Of a DNA stretch of 64,000 bases, positions 33,276 through 50,052 are shown one piece after another. The stretch lies in the NCBI RefSeq assembly GCF_009914755.1, contig NC_060926.1; one strand, given 5' to 3'. The stretch is from the human T2T-CHM13v2.0 reference genome, Homo sapiens. Every line of letters starts with the position of its first letter. Within the stretch, counting starts at the first letter, position 1. The notes beneath the pieces were generated by a model that saw only the letters and a list, made by a program, of their open reading frames with translations, did no database searches and was not told the DNA's origin. The translations under genes were made by a program, and so were the position numbers.

Positions 33276-34931
33276 TTATGTTTTTAGCTAGTTGACTTTA
33301 GAGTGTTTAAGATCTACATAAATATTCTGTTGATATTTAGAATAGCAGGTGGCTGAGTGCTATTCATTTTGCTATAGATGAGTTATAATTAAAAATTTTG
33401 AAATTACTGTGATCAGGTTTTAATATGGAAGCATAAACATGGAAATAAAATTTTATGTAAAATTTTTCTGAAATATTTTTTAATTTTGTAATTTCAAGAT
33501 GGCAATTTCTGATAAAATATGTTATTTATTGGAGGAGACTGTTTGGATTAACAGTGTGATCTGTCTGCTAGGCCCAGATACCAAATAGGACCTTCAGAAA
33601 AACCAGAGCTAAAACTACTTCAAAAGAGAAAGTCGTAGATGTCATCTGTAGGCCTCCCACTAGACTGTAAGCACAGTAAGAGTGGGTATCCTCAGCATGG
33701 TATAGGGCTTTTTGGACACTTAGTAAAAATTCGGTGATCACGACCAACTCTTTCTAATCTGTATGAAATCTTGTACATGACCCAGAAAAACCTTAAGCAG
33801 TTAGAGTTAGGGATAAAGGTTTACAAATGTACCAGAGTGGTTACTAAATGTGCAAAAATGGTTGCTGCCAGGGGTTGAGTTATCAAGGGCAAAATAAATC
33901 TCAGGAGCAGGATTTGGAGCCTTAAAGTCCAGCTACCCTTCTCACATGGAGATTCTCCCTCAGTTGCCTTGTTTTAAGTTAATATTTTGTTAGTTCTTCG
34001 CTTTTAAGGAAAAAACTTTTTAAAGGATTTTCAGACGTACACAAAAGTATTACTGATATTGAAGTATCAAGGCTTGGTTTCATTAATGATGCAAGTTGAT
34101 TCTATAAAGCTGCCTTGAATATGCTGTGAAGTTGGCTAGGTTTATAGCTAAGCATACCTCCTAGTATGCATGATTCAAATTTATGTCTGAGCACAGTCAT
34201 TTTCTATACATCAGAGCTGTTCCCAATTGCTTGAGACTGTTTTGAAATTGTGAATGTTCAATCTTCAGTTGTCATAGGTGTTCTGTTACATGCTATGGAT
34301 GTATTTAACCAGAGTCCACACCAAATCTAATACACTGTGTACTCTTTTTTTTCCCATTTCCACCTATCGCCAGATTTGGGGCTTGGTTTACTGTTAAACT
34401 GCCTGCCCCTCATAGGCCATTACAGCATTCAGTAAACTGGAAATTTCCTTGCATGATGATTATTACATAGTAGGTGTACATGAAGTCATTGAGCTTTGGA
34501 AGCCATCCAGAGGTGTTCTGGGTGAGTCTGTCCTTGGCCAGATTTTACTTACGAAACCAAATAAATTTCTTTTTTTTAAAATATGTAAATTTGTTAAATT
34601 AGCATGCAGAATATGGCAGTAATACCCAATTGAAACACTAGTTGGTTGTATATTAAATCTAATAATAGGAAATATGAATTTGCCTTTAAAATGTATTTCA
34701 TTTCACTTCTATTTTTAGCTGTGCCAAATGAAACAAAGTTGGACTTCATGTATAAAGGCTCTAGTAATGTCCTAGGTCATCAGATAAATAGAAGCCTTAT
34801 TATTTTATCACAGGTGGCAAAAAGAGGACTAATTACACAGACTTGTGAGAAATGAAGTTGCCTATCTACTCCATAACTCTTCTTTTGGCTACAGTTTCCT
34901 TCTCTTGGTATTTTCAAATTGTTAAATTGAA

Positions 34932-34997
34932 AATTGTTAAATGTAAGTTGGGAAATTAAAAGATTTAATTGTTAAATGTAAGTTGGGAAATTAAAAG
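34932..34997. repeat. Perfect 31-bp direct duplication, period 35 bp
   Basis: aattgttaaatgtaagttgggaaattaaaag at 34932-34962 and 34967-34997. Confidence 0.95.
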
Positions 34998-36039
34998 TCT
35001 GTGTAATTAGTCCTGTTTTTGCCACCTGTGATAAAATAATAAGGCTTCTATTTATCTAAGAAGACCCGGGCATACACAACAGTGGTTTTTAAAAATTTAC
35101 CGTCAACTTGAAGTATTTTCCTTTCTCTTCCATGAAGAGCAGTAACATTTTTTCTCTTTTCTTATTTTTAGTAACTTTTATCTTCCTGACTTCCATAGCC
35201 AGCATCTTATTTTCTTCTTGGTGTCCTTTTTCCCTTATCAAATGTAACCAGGATCTTTATTATAGTGGAAATGGGGCCAGTTGATGAAGTCTAATATGAA
35301 ACGAATATTTTAACTTTCAAATGCAGAAGAGCTAAGTTGCAAAGATAGCAGAACTGTCTAATCTGTCTACCTTCACAGCAGTGCTTCTTACATTTAAGAA
35401 GCAGTCTGTTGAGGACCAGTTTTGTTTTTTAAAAAAATGTTCAATTCCTCACCAAAAATACATAAAAACATACAATCCGATTATTTTATTAGGTTAATTG
35501 ACATAAAAATAGTCATTTTTCCATGAAAGTTTCTAAATATTTACTTTCAGTTTGTATAATTACCTCATGGTGGACTGGTAGTGAAGTTTGTGGTCTGGCA
35601 CTGATATGTAGACCATACTTTGGGTAGCATTGCTCTAGATTTTCTAGCAAATCAGGAAAGCCAAGGATGTTGAGCTCTTGTTTACATAACCAGATTGAAA
35701 GCTCTTCAAAAGCAGGTCCATATGCTGTTCATCTTATTTGAAGGATTGGGACAGGGCCTGATACATAGTAGGCAGGTGGTGAAAACTATAACTTAGGCCA
35801 CAGACTATAAGCTGATAATAAGTGGGATCATAAAGCTGAATGGGCTAGTACAAATTCTGCGAGTATTCCAAAATATGAATTGTGAAATATTAATAGTAAT
35901 TTAGGAGGGTTTCCATATCAGAGTATCATCTTTTTCTTTGCTTTAAAAAATGTCTGATAAAGTGTATTCAGTCCTGAATGTCAATTGAGAACTGGCTCTC
36001 ATCACTGGCTTTCATAATAATGTTAAACATTTTGCTCTA

Positions 36040-36397
<358 letters not shown>

Positions 36398-36754
36398 TTA
36401 AGAGATTTAGTAAGGTTGAACCATTTGAAATTAGCATACTTGTGAGTCCAAAACAGTTGAATACTGTTGTATTTATATGGCTCAACCTACAGATATAGCA
36501 ATATGGAATGTAATTACTTGGGGGCACATGCAGCTCATATAGCAAATTCTCTTTGCTTAATTTTAGGGAAATTGAAGCCCAGAGAATACATTTGAAACAG
36601 TAAAACCATACTATAATTAATTGTACAGTAAATCACATTTCACAAATTTACTGAAGGTGAAAAGAAAGGACAAAATCAGTTTGCTTTTCTTTTTGGACTA
36701 TATCTACTTAGAGTTTTGGACCATTTTCCTTTTCTTGATGGAGGGGAGGGAGGG

Positions 36755-37031
36755 AGGGTATCACTCTGTTGCTGGGCTGGAGTCCCATGGTATAATTTTG
36801 GCTCACTGCAGCCTTGGCCTTCTGGGCTCAAGTGATCCTCCTACCTCAGCCTTTCCAGTAGTTGTCACCACAGGTGCATGCCACCATGCCTGGCTCATTT
36901 TTTGTATTTTTTATATAGTTGAGATTTCTCCATGTTGCCCAGGCTGGTTTCAAATTCCTGAGCTCAAGCAGTCCATTTGCCTCTGCTTCACAAAGTGCTG
37001 GGATTACAGGCATGAACCACCGTGCCTGGCC
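36755..37031 (-). mobile_element. Alu (AluJ)
   Basis: Diverged dimer lacking a clear tail. Confidence 0.88.
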
Positions 37032-37118
37032 TCAGTTTTTACTTAAAATAATGGCATAAACAATTTGAGATTTGATTCTCAGTAACGAAACCAGTTTCAA
37101 GGGAAATCTTTATTTAGT

Positions 37119-37296
37119 CTTTTTTTTTTTTTTTTTTTAAAGACAGGATCTTGCTGTGTTGCCCAGGATAGAGTGCAATGGGTATTCATAGGCACAATCA
37201 TGGCACACCGTGGCCTTGAACTCCTGGGCTCAAGTGATTCTCCTGCCTCAGCCTCCTGAGCAGCTGGGACTACAGGTGCACACCACCACATCTGGC
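37119..37296 (-). mobile_element. FAM (fossil Alu monomer)
   Basis: Carries the FAM-type segment gggtattcataggcacaatcatggcacac. Confidence 0.8.
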
Positions 37297-38120
37297 TTTT
37301 ATATGTAGGTTTTTTTTGTTTGTTTGTTTTCAAACAAGAAAATGTTTAAGAGCTTTATAAAATACTTATTTACCTAAACTCTTTTGGACAGTTTCACTTG
37401 CTTTAGATCATTATGTAATTTTTATTCTGCAGGCTATAGAAATACAAGTTTTTTTGACGTGGCATTTGATCTTTAATTATATAAATTTATATTTTTCGAG
37501 GAAGAAATTCTGATGGCATAAATCAGGATTAAAAAAACATTCTCTTTAAGACTCATTACTAACAATAGTCACCAGAGGCAAATTGCTTTTACTTTCTCAA
37601 GGTCTTAATTTAATTGTGCTTTCAACTTGGCAGTGTTGTATATTTTATAAGCTCCACTAAAGAACACATCTACACATTATGACATAGCACGTTCTTGGAA
37701 ACTTGACAGAACTGTTGACAAGTACAGATTTGTTTTTGGTTACTGTGAGTATTTTTTGTGGTAATTGAACTGTTGTTAGTTCTTGGTAGCTTTATGTGCT
37801 TGTCAGTCTGTTTTCTTCATAAGTGATGATTAATTTAAATCTGTGTGATGTGTTCCAGTTCACTTACTTGATGGAAATTGGAGAAGTGCATAGCTTTCTG
37901 ATATTCTTAATTACTGGTTCCCATTAAGTGACTGGAGAAGCAAATATTTATGTCTCAGGTATTGTAGTATTGAATTTCCAGTCATTCTTTCTTCCTGGCT
38001 ATAACTTAGTCACTGAAGAAATAACTATCCTTTATTCAAACAACTTCCTTGGTACAATCCAGCAATATGTTTTTTTTCTTGCAATATTAAAAACCTCCGA
38101 TGTAAGTGGAAAAAGAGTTA

Positions 38121-38451
<331 letters not shown>

Positions 38452-38521
38452 GAATAATGATAAATATATTATTTGTGGATAAGAGTTTTCTGCATTTTAA
38501 AAAATTATTAAAAAGGATATA

Positions 38522-38844
38522 CAGTTGTCCCTTGGTGTCCATGGGGAATTAGTTCTAGGATCTCGAAAATCCTCAGATGCTCAAGTCTCTGATATAAAAT
38601 AGTGTGGTATTTGCATATAACCAAAATACACTCTCCCATATACTTTAAATAATCTCTAGATTACTTATAATACGTAAAACAACAAATGCTACATAAGTAC
38701 TTGTTATACTGTATTGTTTAGGGAATAATGATAAAAAAAAGTTTGGTACATGTTTATTATAGACACAGATTTTTATTTTGAATATTTGGCCCTCAGATGG
38801 TTGAATTCCTAGATGTGGAATTCACAGATGCAGAGGGCCAACTG
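38522..38844. mobile_element. MER2 (TcMar-Tigger MITE)
   Basis: TA|cagttgtccctt ... agggccaactg|TA inverted termini; gatgctcaagtctctgatataaaat. Confidence 0.9.
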
Positions 38845-39084
38845 TATATGACTTACTAGAAATACCATGATAAAGAATATTTCCTATGATTAATTTTTTT
38901 TCTTTCTTGGAAAAATCGGATTACTTAAACTCCAGGTTGTCTTGTATTTGGATCAATAAGATATTCTAGAAGTTATTTCCTTGACAATATTTTATCTAGT
39001 TTGTTAAAAAAGAGTTGCAAGTTATTAGGCTGCATTAATTTATCTGTTATATTTGGTCATAGAATTCATGTCCCCAGTATTTGT

Positions 39085-39897
39085 TTTTTTTGTTTGTCTG
39101 TTTCTGACAGGGTCCCTGTTGCCCAGGCTTCAGTACAGTGGTGCGATCACTGCTCACTGTGGCCCCCTGTCTCCTGGGCTCAAGCAATCCTTCCACCTCA
39201 GCCTCCGGAGTAGCTGGGACTACAAGCATGTGCCGCCATGCCCGGCTAATTTTTGCATTTTTTGTAAAGACAGAGTTTTGCTATATTGTTGTTAGGGATA
39301 GCGCTCAAAATCCTAAGGAAATTGAACACTCGAACAAAGGATTTTTAGCAAAACAATTTTACTTCTGCGCAGAGGGGTGCCTCCTTGGCTGGTTGCCGTG
39401 AGAGCACACCTGAATAAAGGGGCGTGAGAGCCTTTATTCCTGATGCAAGTCCTGCCCCTGCACCCTTTCCTCATTTGCTACGGTTGGGTTGTACAATCTA
39501 AACTAATCCCGGTTGGCTAAACGTTTGATTTTTTAAGATAAGATGGGCACGTAAAAGAAAGTGGAGAGGAATGGGAAGGGTGTCTGTAATGAGCTAGAAA
39601 GTTAGTCCTCTTTCCAAATAAGGAAAGGAATGTGAGCTGGTACTGATAATGCCTGGTACTGTGGCGTGCCTGGGCATCTAACAAAGGCAAAAAGGAAAAA
39701 AGAGAAAAAGGAGAAAAAAGGTGTGTGTGTGGGGTACTATGAATTAAAGAATAAAAGATTAATCAGATTATTTGAAGAGAAGCCTCATGATATCCCACAG
39801 TTGTCCAGGCTAGTCTTGAACTCCTGGGCTCAAGTGATCCTTTTGCCTTGGCCTCCCAAAGTGCTGGGATTACAGGCATGTGTCACTGTGCTCAGCT
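39085..39897 (-). mobile_element. AluJ interrupted by LTR10C
   Basis: The Alu reads through once 39290-39799 is removed (ttttgctat.ttgtccaggctagtcttgaactcc). Confidence 0.85.
39290..39799 (-). mobile_element. LTR10C-like solo LTR (HERV-I group)
   Basis: tgttagggatagcgctcaaaatcctaagg ... tttgaagagaagcctcatgatatcccaca; TSD ATTGT / GTTGT. Confidence 0.85.
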
Positions 39898-40012
39898 CCC
39901 TGCATTTATTCTTGATCTTAAGAATCAAGGTTTTTCAAAATAAGCTAAATTTATTATATTAGATTAGCAAGTTTTCTTTACTTTTTTGACATGGAGTAAA
40001 ATTGGAGAGAGA

Positions 40013-40310
40013 GGCCAGGAGCGGTGGCTCATGCCTGTAATCCCAGCACTTTGGTTGGCCAAGCAGGGAGGATTGCTTGAGTCCAGGAGTTCGAGACCAG
40101 CCTTGGCAATATAGTGAGACTTCATCTCTACAGAAAATTTTAAAAATTTAGCCAAGTGTGGTGGCACATGTCTTTAGTTCCAGCTGCTCAGGAGGCTAAG
40201 GTAAGAAGATTGCTTGAGCCCGGGAGGCAGAGGTGGTGAACAGAGATTGTGCCACTGCACGCCAGCCTGGGTGACAGAACAAGACTCTGTTTAAAAAAAC
40301 AAACAAAAAA
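40013..40310 (+). mobile_element. Alu (AluJ)
   Basis: Diverged dimer. Confidence 0.9.
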
Positions 40311-40534
40311 ACTGGTGAGATAAATAATTCTAAGGTTATAATAACTGTAGACATAGTTTAAACAAATCTCATTATCTAAGTAGAAAATTCTCATTAAAGA
40401 AAATTTGGGGAATGATGAAAAATGAAGAAAATAAAAATGATCTCTAATTATACTGCTGCTATTATTTTTCTTTCCCTTTTTGTGTGGAGGTGGGAAACAA
40501 GACTCAGATCACTTTTGCTTGTTTTAATATATTA

Positions 40535-40920
40535 TAGACCTGTACAAAATAATTTCAAATAATTTATGTAGATACTTTGCCTCCAAGGAGGTGTCGCATA
40601 ACTCTCTATTCTTATGGGTGAGTTGTGTGTAATGACTTCCTTCTAAGAAGTAGGGTATGGAAAGGGGAAAAAAGCAATTTTACAGCAGAGAAACCTGACA
40701 GGCACTACCTCAGCCAGGTGATCAAGATTAACATTAACAACCACAAGCCATGTTGATAGCACATACCCTTGATATGGTGGGATGAGAATGGCACTTTATC
40801 TCTGCGTTCTTTCTCCCCAAAACACATAACCTTTGTCTAACCAGGAGGCAAACATCAGGCAAATCTCAACTGAGGGACCTTCTACAAAATACCTGGTCAG
40901 CACTCCTCAAAACTGTCATG
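40535..40920 (+). mobile_element. Old L1M 3'-region fragment
   Basis: gagaaacctgacaggcactacctcagccaggtgatcaag...ctcctcaaaactgtca. Confidence 0.7.
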
Positions 40921-41004
40921 AATTAGGTGCTTATCAATCTCATGCATAATGTCACATATTTGTTATGTATGTGTTTTTAGTATTTTTCATCTTATAAAAT
41001 TTCT

Positions 41005-41144
41005 GTTTTGTTTGTTTGTTTTTTAGTAGAGACTGGGTTTCAGCAAGTTGGCCAGGCTGGTCCCAAACTCCTAACCTCAAGTGATCCGCCCGCTTCGGCC
41101 ACCCAAAGTGTTGGGATTACAGGTGTGAGCCTCCGCACCTGGCC
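41005..41144 (-). mobile_element. Alu left-arm fragment
   Basis: ttagtagagac...gattacaggtgtgagc; flanked by cttataaaatttc. Confidence 0.85.
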
Positions 41145-42187
41145 CTTATAAAATTTCATATAAGTAGTATACTTATATGAAATACTACTTTATATATTTG
41201 TCTGCAATTTGCTTTTTTTGTTATTATTGTTCAATTTTGGTGTTTGTGCTTTATCCATGCTGATAGATACAGTTCTGATTTGTTTACCATATTCTAGTCC
41301 ATTGTTTGGCTGTCACTATTCACTTTTTTATTTCAGACATTTGGGTTAATTCTAATTTGTTGCTGTTATCAACATTGCTGCAATAACCATTTTTGTACAG
41401 GAACTCCTAGTCCCTAGGTACAAGGGTTCCTGTAAGGTTTTTACGTTGCAGAGGAGTTGCTTTGGTCTAAAATACATAAATCTTAAATTTTTATAGATAA
41501 TGCCAAAATTTCATAGATAATCTCCAAAATGTTACATTTCCAACAACAGTATTTGAGAGATGCTGGTGAGGATGTGGAGAAACTGTATTCACTATCGTGG
41601 GGCATTTTATTTTTGCCAGTATAATGGAAGGGAAATGGTATTAATTGTCATTGTCTTGATTATTAGGTTGAACTAATAAATATTTTCGCTTATTTATCAT
41701 TTGGGTTTCCTCCTCTGTGAATTGTCTGTTCATATTTTTGGTCAGGTTTTTATGTTGTTTTTCAGTTTGAAGGAGTCGTTATATATTTTTCATACTGCTA
41801 TTTTGTTAGTAGTATGCTTTGCATGTCAGTAGTATGTCAGTATGTAATAGTACGTAGTATGTCAGTAGTATTTTGCTTTTCAAAATCTCAGTCTTTGATC
41901 TGAATTTAAAGAATAGTATTTTTTTGTGTAAGAGGTTATTTTTATCTTTTGCTATTTAAAAAATCAAGTGCCATTTGTATATGATAGTACTTAAGTCTTC
42001 AGTTTGAATTCTAAAAATGTGTATACCTATATAATCCACACACCTGTCATCCCATCATCCTATCAACACCCCTGAAAATTCCCTTGTGCCTCTTCCTAGT
42101 CAACCCCACCACTGCCTCAAGTAAGTACTCTTCTGATTTCTGTTCTCATAGATTAGTTTCACTTGCTCTAGAACATCATATAATGGG

Positions 42188-42462
42188 GCTGGGCGCGATG
42201 GCTCACGCCAGTAATCCCAGCACTTGGGAGGCTGAGGTGGGCAGATCACTTGAGGTCAGGAGTTTGAGACCAGCCTGGCAAACATGGTGAAACCCTGTCT
42301 CTACTAAAAATGCAAAAATTAACCTGGTGTGGTGGCATGCCTTTGTAATCCCAGCTACTCAGGAGTCCAAGGCACGAGAATCGCTTGAACCTGGGAGACA
42401 GAGGTTGCACTGAGCTGCTGCACTCCAGCCTGGGCAACAGAGTGAGACTGTCTAAGAAAAAA
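42188..42462 (+). mobile_element. Alu (AluS)
   Basis: Dimer. Confidence 0.92.
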
Positions 42463-42565
42463 GAAGTTTATATGATGGAATTATACAGTAAATAATCTGT
42501 ATCTATTTTCATTTAGCATTGTATCTATGAAATTCATGCATGTTTTATCTATTAATATTTTTTTT

Positions 42566-42865
42566 GGCCGGGCTCGGTGGCTCACGCCTGTAATCCCAGC
42601 ACTTTTGGAGGCTGAGGCAGGTGGATCACTAGGTCAGGAGTTCAAGACCAGCCTAGGCAAAGATGGTGAAACCCCATCTCTACTAAAAATACAAAAATTA
42701 GCTGGGCATGGTGGCAGGCGCCTGTAATCCCAGCTACTCAGGAGGCTGAGGCAGAGAATTGCTTGAACCTGGGAGGCAGAGGTTGCAGCAAGCTGAGATC
42801 GTGCCACTGCACTCCAGCCTGGGCGACAGAGCGAGACTCCATCTCAAAAAAAAAAAAAAAAAAAA
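42566..42865 (+). mobile_element. Alu (AluS)
   Basis: Full dimer. Confidence 0.94.
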
Positions 42866-42867
42866 GT

Positions 42868-44320
42868 TTGTTTTAAATAGGATATTTTTTAGAGCAATTT
42901 TAGGTTTATAGAAAAAACTGAAGGGAAAATACAGAGAGCTCCCATAAACCCTCTCACCTTCCTCCCCCTTGCAGTTTCCCCTATTAATATCTTGCATTGA
43001 TGTGGTAGATTAATTGCAATTGATGACCCAATATTGATGTTATTATTAATTAAAGTCCATTGTTTACATTAGCGTTCACTCTGCTTCAGCTATTTATCTT
43101 TCTCTCCCTCCTCCTTCCTGAACCCCTGGCAATCACTGATCTCTTTACCGTCTTCACAGTTTTACCTTTTTTAGATTGTCATCTAGGTGGAATCATACAA
43201 TATATAGCCTTTTTAGAATGGCTTCTTTCACTGAATTATATGTATTTAAGATTCTTTCCTGGCCTTTCATGGCTCGATAGCTCATTTCTTTCTTTTTTTT
43301 TTTTTTTTTTTTTGTATTTTAATTATTTGACTCTAATTTTCCTCTTTGGGAACTCTTAGATAAGCTCATTTCTTTTTAGTACTAAATAATATTTCTTTGT
43401 CTAGATATACTCCGGTTTTATTTATCTGTTCACCTACTGAAGGACATTTTGGTTGCTTCTAACTTTTGGCAATTATGAATAAAACTGCTATAAAAAACCA
43501 CATACGTGTTTTTGTGTGGATGTAATTTTTCAATTCATTTGGGGAGGTATCAAGGAGAGTGATTGCTGGATTTTATGCATATGGCAAGAGTATGTTTAGT
43601 TTCTTAAGAAACTGCCAAAGTTTTATCCAAAGTGGCTATTCCATTTTCCACTCCCACCAGCAGTGGATGAGAGTTCCAGTTGTTCCACATTTTTGTCAAC
43701 ATTTGGTGTTGCTTTTTCTGCATCTATTGATAGAATTATATGATTTTTTTATATGATCTTTCTGTAAATTTCTTTATAAGCACTGCTTTTGATGCATTTT
43801 ACAATTTAGGTTGTATTTTCATTAAAATATTTCATTAAAACATTTAAATTATTTCACTAAAATATTTAAAAATTTCTCTAGACTTCTTCTTTGACCTTTA
43901 TATTATTTTAAAATGTGTTGTTTAATCTCCAAGTATTGTGGGGTTTTTCAGCCATCTTTCTGTTTTTGATTTCTAGTTTAATTTCATTGAGGTCTAAGAG
44001 CATACTTCGTATAATTTCTATTCTTTTACAATTGTTAAGTTGTGTTTTATGGCCCAGAATGTGGTCTGTCTTGGTCGTTGTTCCATGTGAGTTTGAGAAG
44101 AATGCATCTTCTGCTACTGTTGGATGAAGTATTTTGTAAATATGAATTAGATCCAGGTGATTAGTAGTGGTGTTCATTTCAGCTGTGTTCTGCCTACTGG
44201 ATCTGTCAGTTACTGATAGAAGGGTATTGAATTCTCCAACTATAAAAGTGGATTTGTCAATTTTACTTTGCAGTTCTATCGGTTTTTGCGTCTCATATGT
44301 TTTATACCAGTTAAAATGCA
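42868..44320 (-). mobile_element. Old L1M (MC/MD-type): 3' end joined to an ORF2 endonuclease fragment
   Basis: ORF 43908-44321 gives endonuclease-like IVGEFNTLLS...DLIHIYKILHP...FFS...KTDHILGHK. Confidence 0.8.
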
Positions 44321-44339
44321 TACTAGGGTAGCTTTAAAA

Positions 44340-45716
<1,377 letters not shown>

Positions 45717-45877
45717 AGTCTGCTAATTTTTAAAAATGCATTTGGAACCCAATTGTTTCTAAAGGTATTCTATGGTTTCTTTTTTGTAGAAGTATTTCCA
45801 TTAGATCTGTATTATTGATGTATTACTACTAGGTAAAAATATAGAATTGTTTTGCTCTGATATTAAAGTTGACATTG

Positions 45878-46312
45878 GGCCCAGTGTGGTGGCTCATGCC
45901 TGTAATCCCAGCACTTTGGGAGGCCGAGACAGGCCGATCACTTGAGGCCCACAGTTTGAGACCAGCCTGGCCCATGTGGTGAAACCCCATCTCTACTAAA
46001 AATACAAAAATTAGCCCAGGGGGTGGTGGTGTGTGCCTGTAATCCCGGCTACTAAGGAGGCTGAGGCTCAAGAGTTGCTTGAACCTGGGAGGCAGAGGTT
46101 GCAGTGAGCCGAGATAGTGCTGCTGCACTCCAGTCTGGGCAACACAGGGAGATTCTGTCTGAAAAAAAAAAAAAAGTTGACATTGAGCCAGGCATGGTGG
46201 ATCATTCCATATAGTCCCAGAGCTTTGAGAGGCTGACGCAGGAGGATCACTTGAGGCCAGGAGTTTGAGACCAGCCTGTGAAACATAGTGAAACCCCACC
46301 TCTAAAAAAATA
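45878..46312 (+). mobile_element. AluS (45878-46175) followed by a FLAM (46186-46311)
   Basis: The shared target aaagttgacatt is present three times. Confidence 0.9.
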
Positions 46313-46784
46313 AAGTTGACATTATTTGAAAGTATATTTATTGCTAGATGCCATTTATCCACGTTTGTTTGTTGTAATCACCAAGCCTTGTTTTGAAATA
46401 CTACTCTAATAAACTAAAAGCTTAGTGGAAAAAGCTATGTTTTACCTACCAAAGAGTATCAGGAACTGACTTTCTGTGGTTTATTTTTAGTGCCAACTTT
46501 AAATACTCTTCAAGCAGCAAGAATAAATTAATGGTTGTACAAATGTGAAATTTTAGGGGACTTATTTGGGACTAAAAGACAGGCTTTGGGGTTGATTAAT
46601 ATCAAGGTTTTTTCCTTCAAATATTGAGCTCCCAATTTCAGTTACTTAATTAGCAATTTACTAAAAAATGGTATCATTATCTTGAGGTTCATTCTATTTA
46701 TTTATTTTAAAATAACAGTCATTTTGCTCTTGAATCTGAACTGTAGGCAGTGCTAAGAGGAAAAGTTCCTCTCCTTAAGGTGTT

Positions 46785-47025
46785 TGCTTGACTAGGGGCT
46801 GAAGGATCTACTTCTAACATGTCTCATTCATCTGACTGGCAGTTTAATGCTTGCTATTGACTGGGAGCTCAGCCAAGACTGAGGGGTGAAGGACAGAGTT
46901 CTTTTGACATGGTTCTTCATAAGCTGTTTTTAGCACAGTGCCTAGGTTCTAAGAGAGACAAAGGGGAAGTTGTCAGTTTCCTAAGACTTGAGCCAGAAAA
47001 TTGGCATAGCATCACTTCTGCTATA
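46785..47025 (-). mobile_element. MLT1-type MaLR LTR fragment
   Basis: ggggctgaaggatctacttctaacatg...ggcatagcatcacttctgc. Confidence 0.6.
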
Positions 47026-47384
47026 ATTTTTTAAAATGTGGATGGATATTTTGATATAGGCATTCAATGTCTAATAATCATATCAGGGGAAATGGGATAT
47101 CCATCACCTCAAGTATTTATCCTTTGTGTTAGAAACAATCAATTACACTCTTTTAGTTACTGTAAAATATACAATTAAATTATTACTGACTATAGCCACC
47201 CTGTCATGCTATCAAGTACTACGTCTTATTTATTCTTTCTATATTTTTGTACCCATTAGTGATCCCCACTTCCACTGCCCCCACCTCCCACTATCCTTCC
47301 CAGCCTCTGGTAACCATCTGTCTACCCTCTTTCTCCCTGAGTTCAATTGTTTTAATTTCTAGCTCCCACAAGTAAGTGAGAATA

Positions 47385-47778
<394 letters not shown>

Positions 47779-47920
47779 TATTTTTAGTTTTTTGAGGAAC
47801 TCCAAACTGTTTTCCATAGTGGTTGTACTAATTTACCTTCCCACCAACAGTGTACAAGGGTTCCCTTTTCTCTGTATCCTCACCAGAATTTGTTATTGCC
47901 TGTCTTTTGGATATAAGTCA

Positions 47921-49014
<1,094 letters not shown>

Positions 49015-49713
49015 TCATTTTAACTGGGGTAGGATGATGTCTCACTATAGTTTTGATTTGCATTTCTTTGATGATCAATGATGTTGAGCATCTTTTCATG
49101 TATGTTTGCCTTTTTTATTTCTTTTTTTGAGAAATGTCTGTTCAGCTTTTTTTGCCCATTTTAAAATTGGGTTATTAGATTTGTCCTGTAGAGTTGTTTG
49201 AGCCCCTTTTATCCTGGTTATTAATCTCTTGTCAGATGGATAGTTTACAAATATTTTCTCCCATTCTGTGGATTGTCTCTTCCCTTTGTTGATGGCTTCC
49301 TTTGCTGTGCAGAAGCCTTTTAACTTAATGTGATCCCATTTGTCCACTTTTGCTTTGGTTACCTGTACTTGTGGGGTATTTACTCAAGGAATCTTTGCCC
49401 AGTCCAATGGCCTGAAGAGTTTCCCCAATGTTTTCTTGTAGTTTCATAGTTTGAGGTCCTAGATTTAAGTCTCTCATCCATTTTGATTTGATTTTTGTAC
49501 ATGGCGAGAGATAGGGGTCTAGTTTCAGATCTTCTGCATGTTGATATCCAGTTTGCCTAGCACCACTTATTGAAGAGACTGTCTTTTCTCTGTTTTGGCA
49601 CTTTTGTCGAAAATGAGTTCACTGTACATGGATGGATTTGTTTCTGGGTTCTCTATTCTGTTCCACTGGTCTGTGTGTCTGTTTTTATGCCAGTACCATG
49701 TTGTTTTGGTTAC

Positions 49714-50052
49714 TGTATTAGTCCATTTTCACACTGCTGATAAAGACATACCCGAGACTGGAAAGAGAAAGAGGTTTTAATGAACTTACAGTTCCACGTG
49801 GCTGGGGAGGCCTCACAGTCATGGCGGAAGGTGAAAGGCACATCTCACATGAAGGTAGACAAGAGAAGAATGAGAGCTTGTGCAGGGAAACTCCTTTATA
49901 AAACCATCAGATCTTATGAGATGTATTCACTATTACGAGAACAGCATGGGAAAGACTTGCCCCCATGATTCAATTACCTGCCACTGGGTCCCTCCCACAA
50001 CCCATGGGAATTCAAGATGAGATTTGGATGGGGACACAGCCAAACCATATCA
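49714..50052 (-). mobile_element. THE1B-like MaLR solo LTR inserted in L1 ORF2
   Basis: tgtattagtccattttcacactgctgataaagac ... cagccaaaccatatca; perfect TSD GTTAC. Confidence 0.93.

Noticed and set aside
33499-33588. 29-codon ATG ORF after an AG in the unique island
   Set aside because: Length expected by chance, with no donor site or recognisable homology
41815-41870. Irregular gtcagta/gtagtat short repeats
   Set aside because: Ordinary slippage-generated low complexity inside an old L1 fragment
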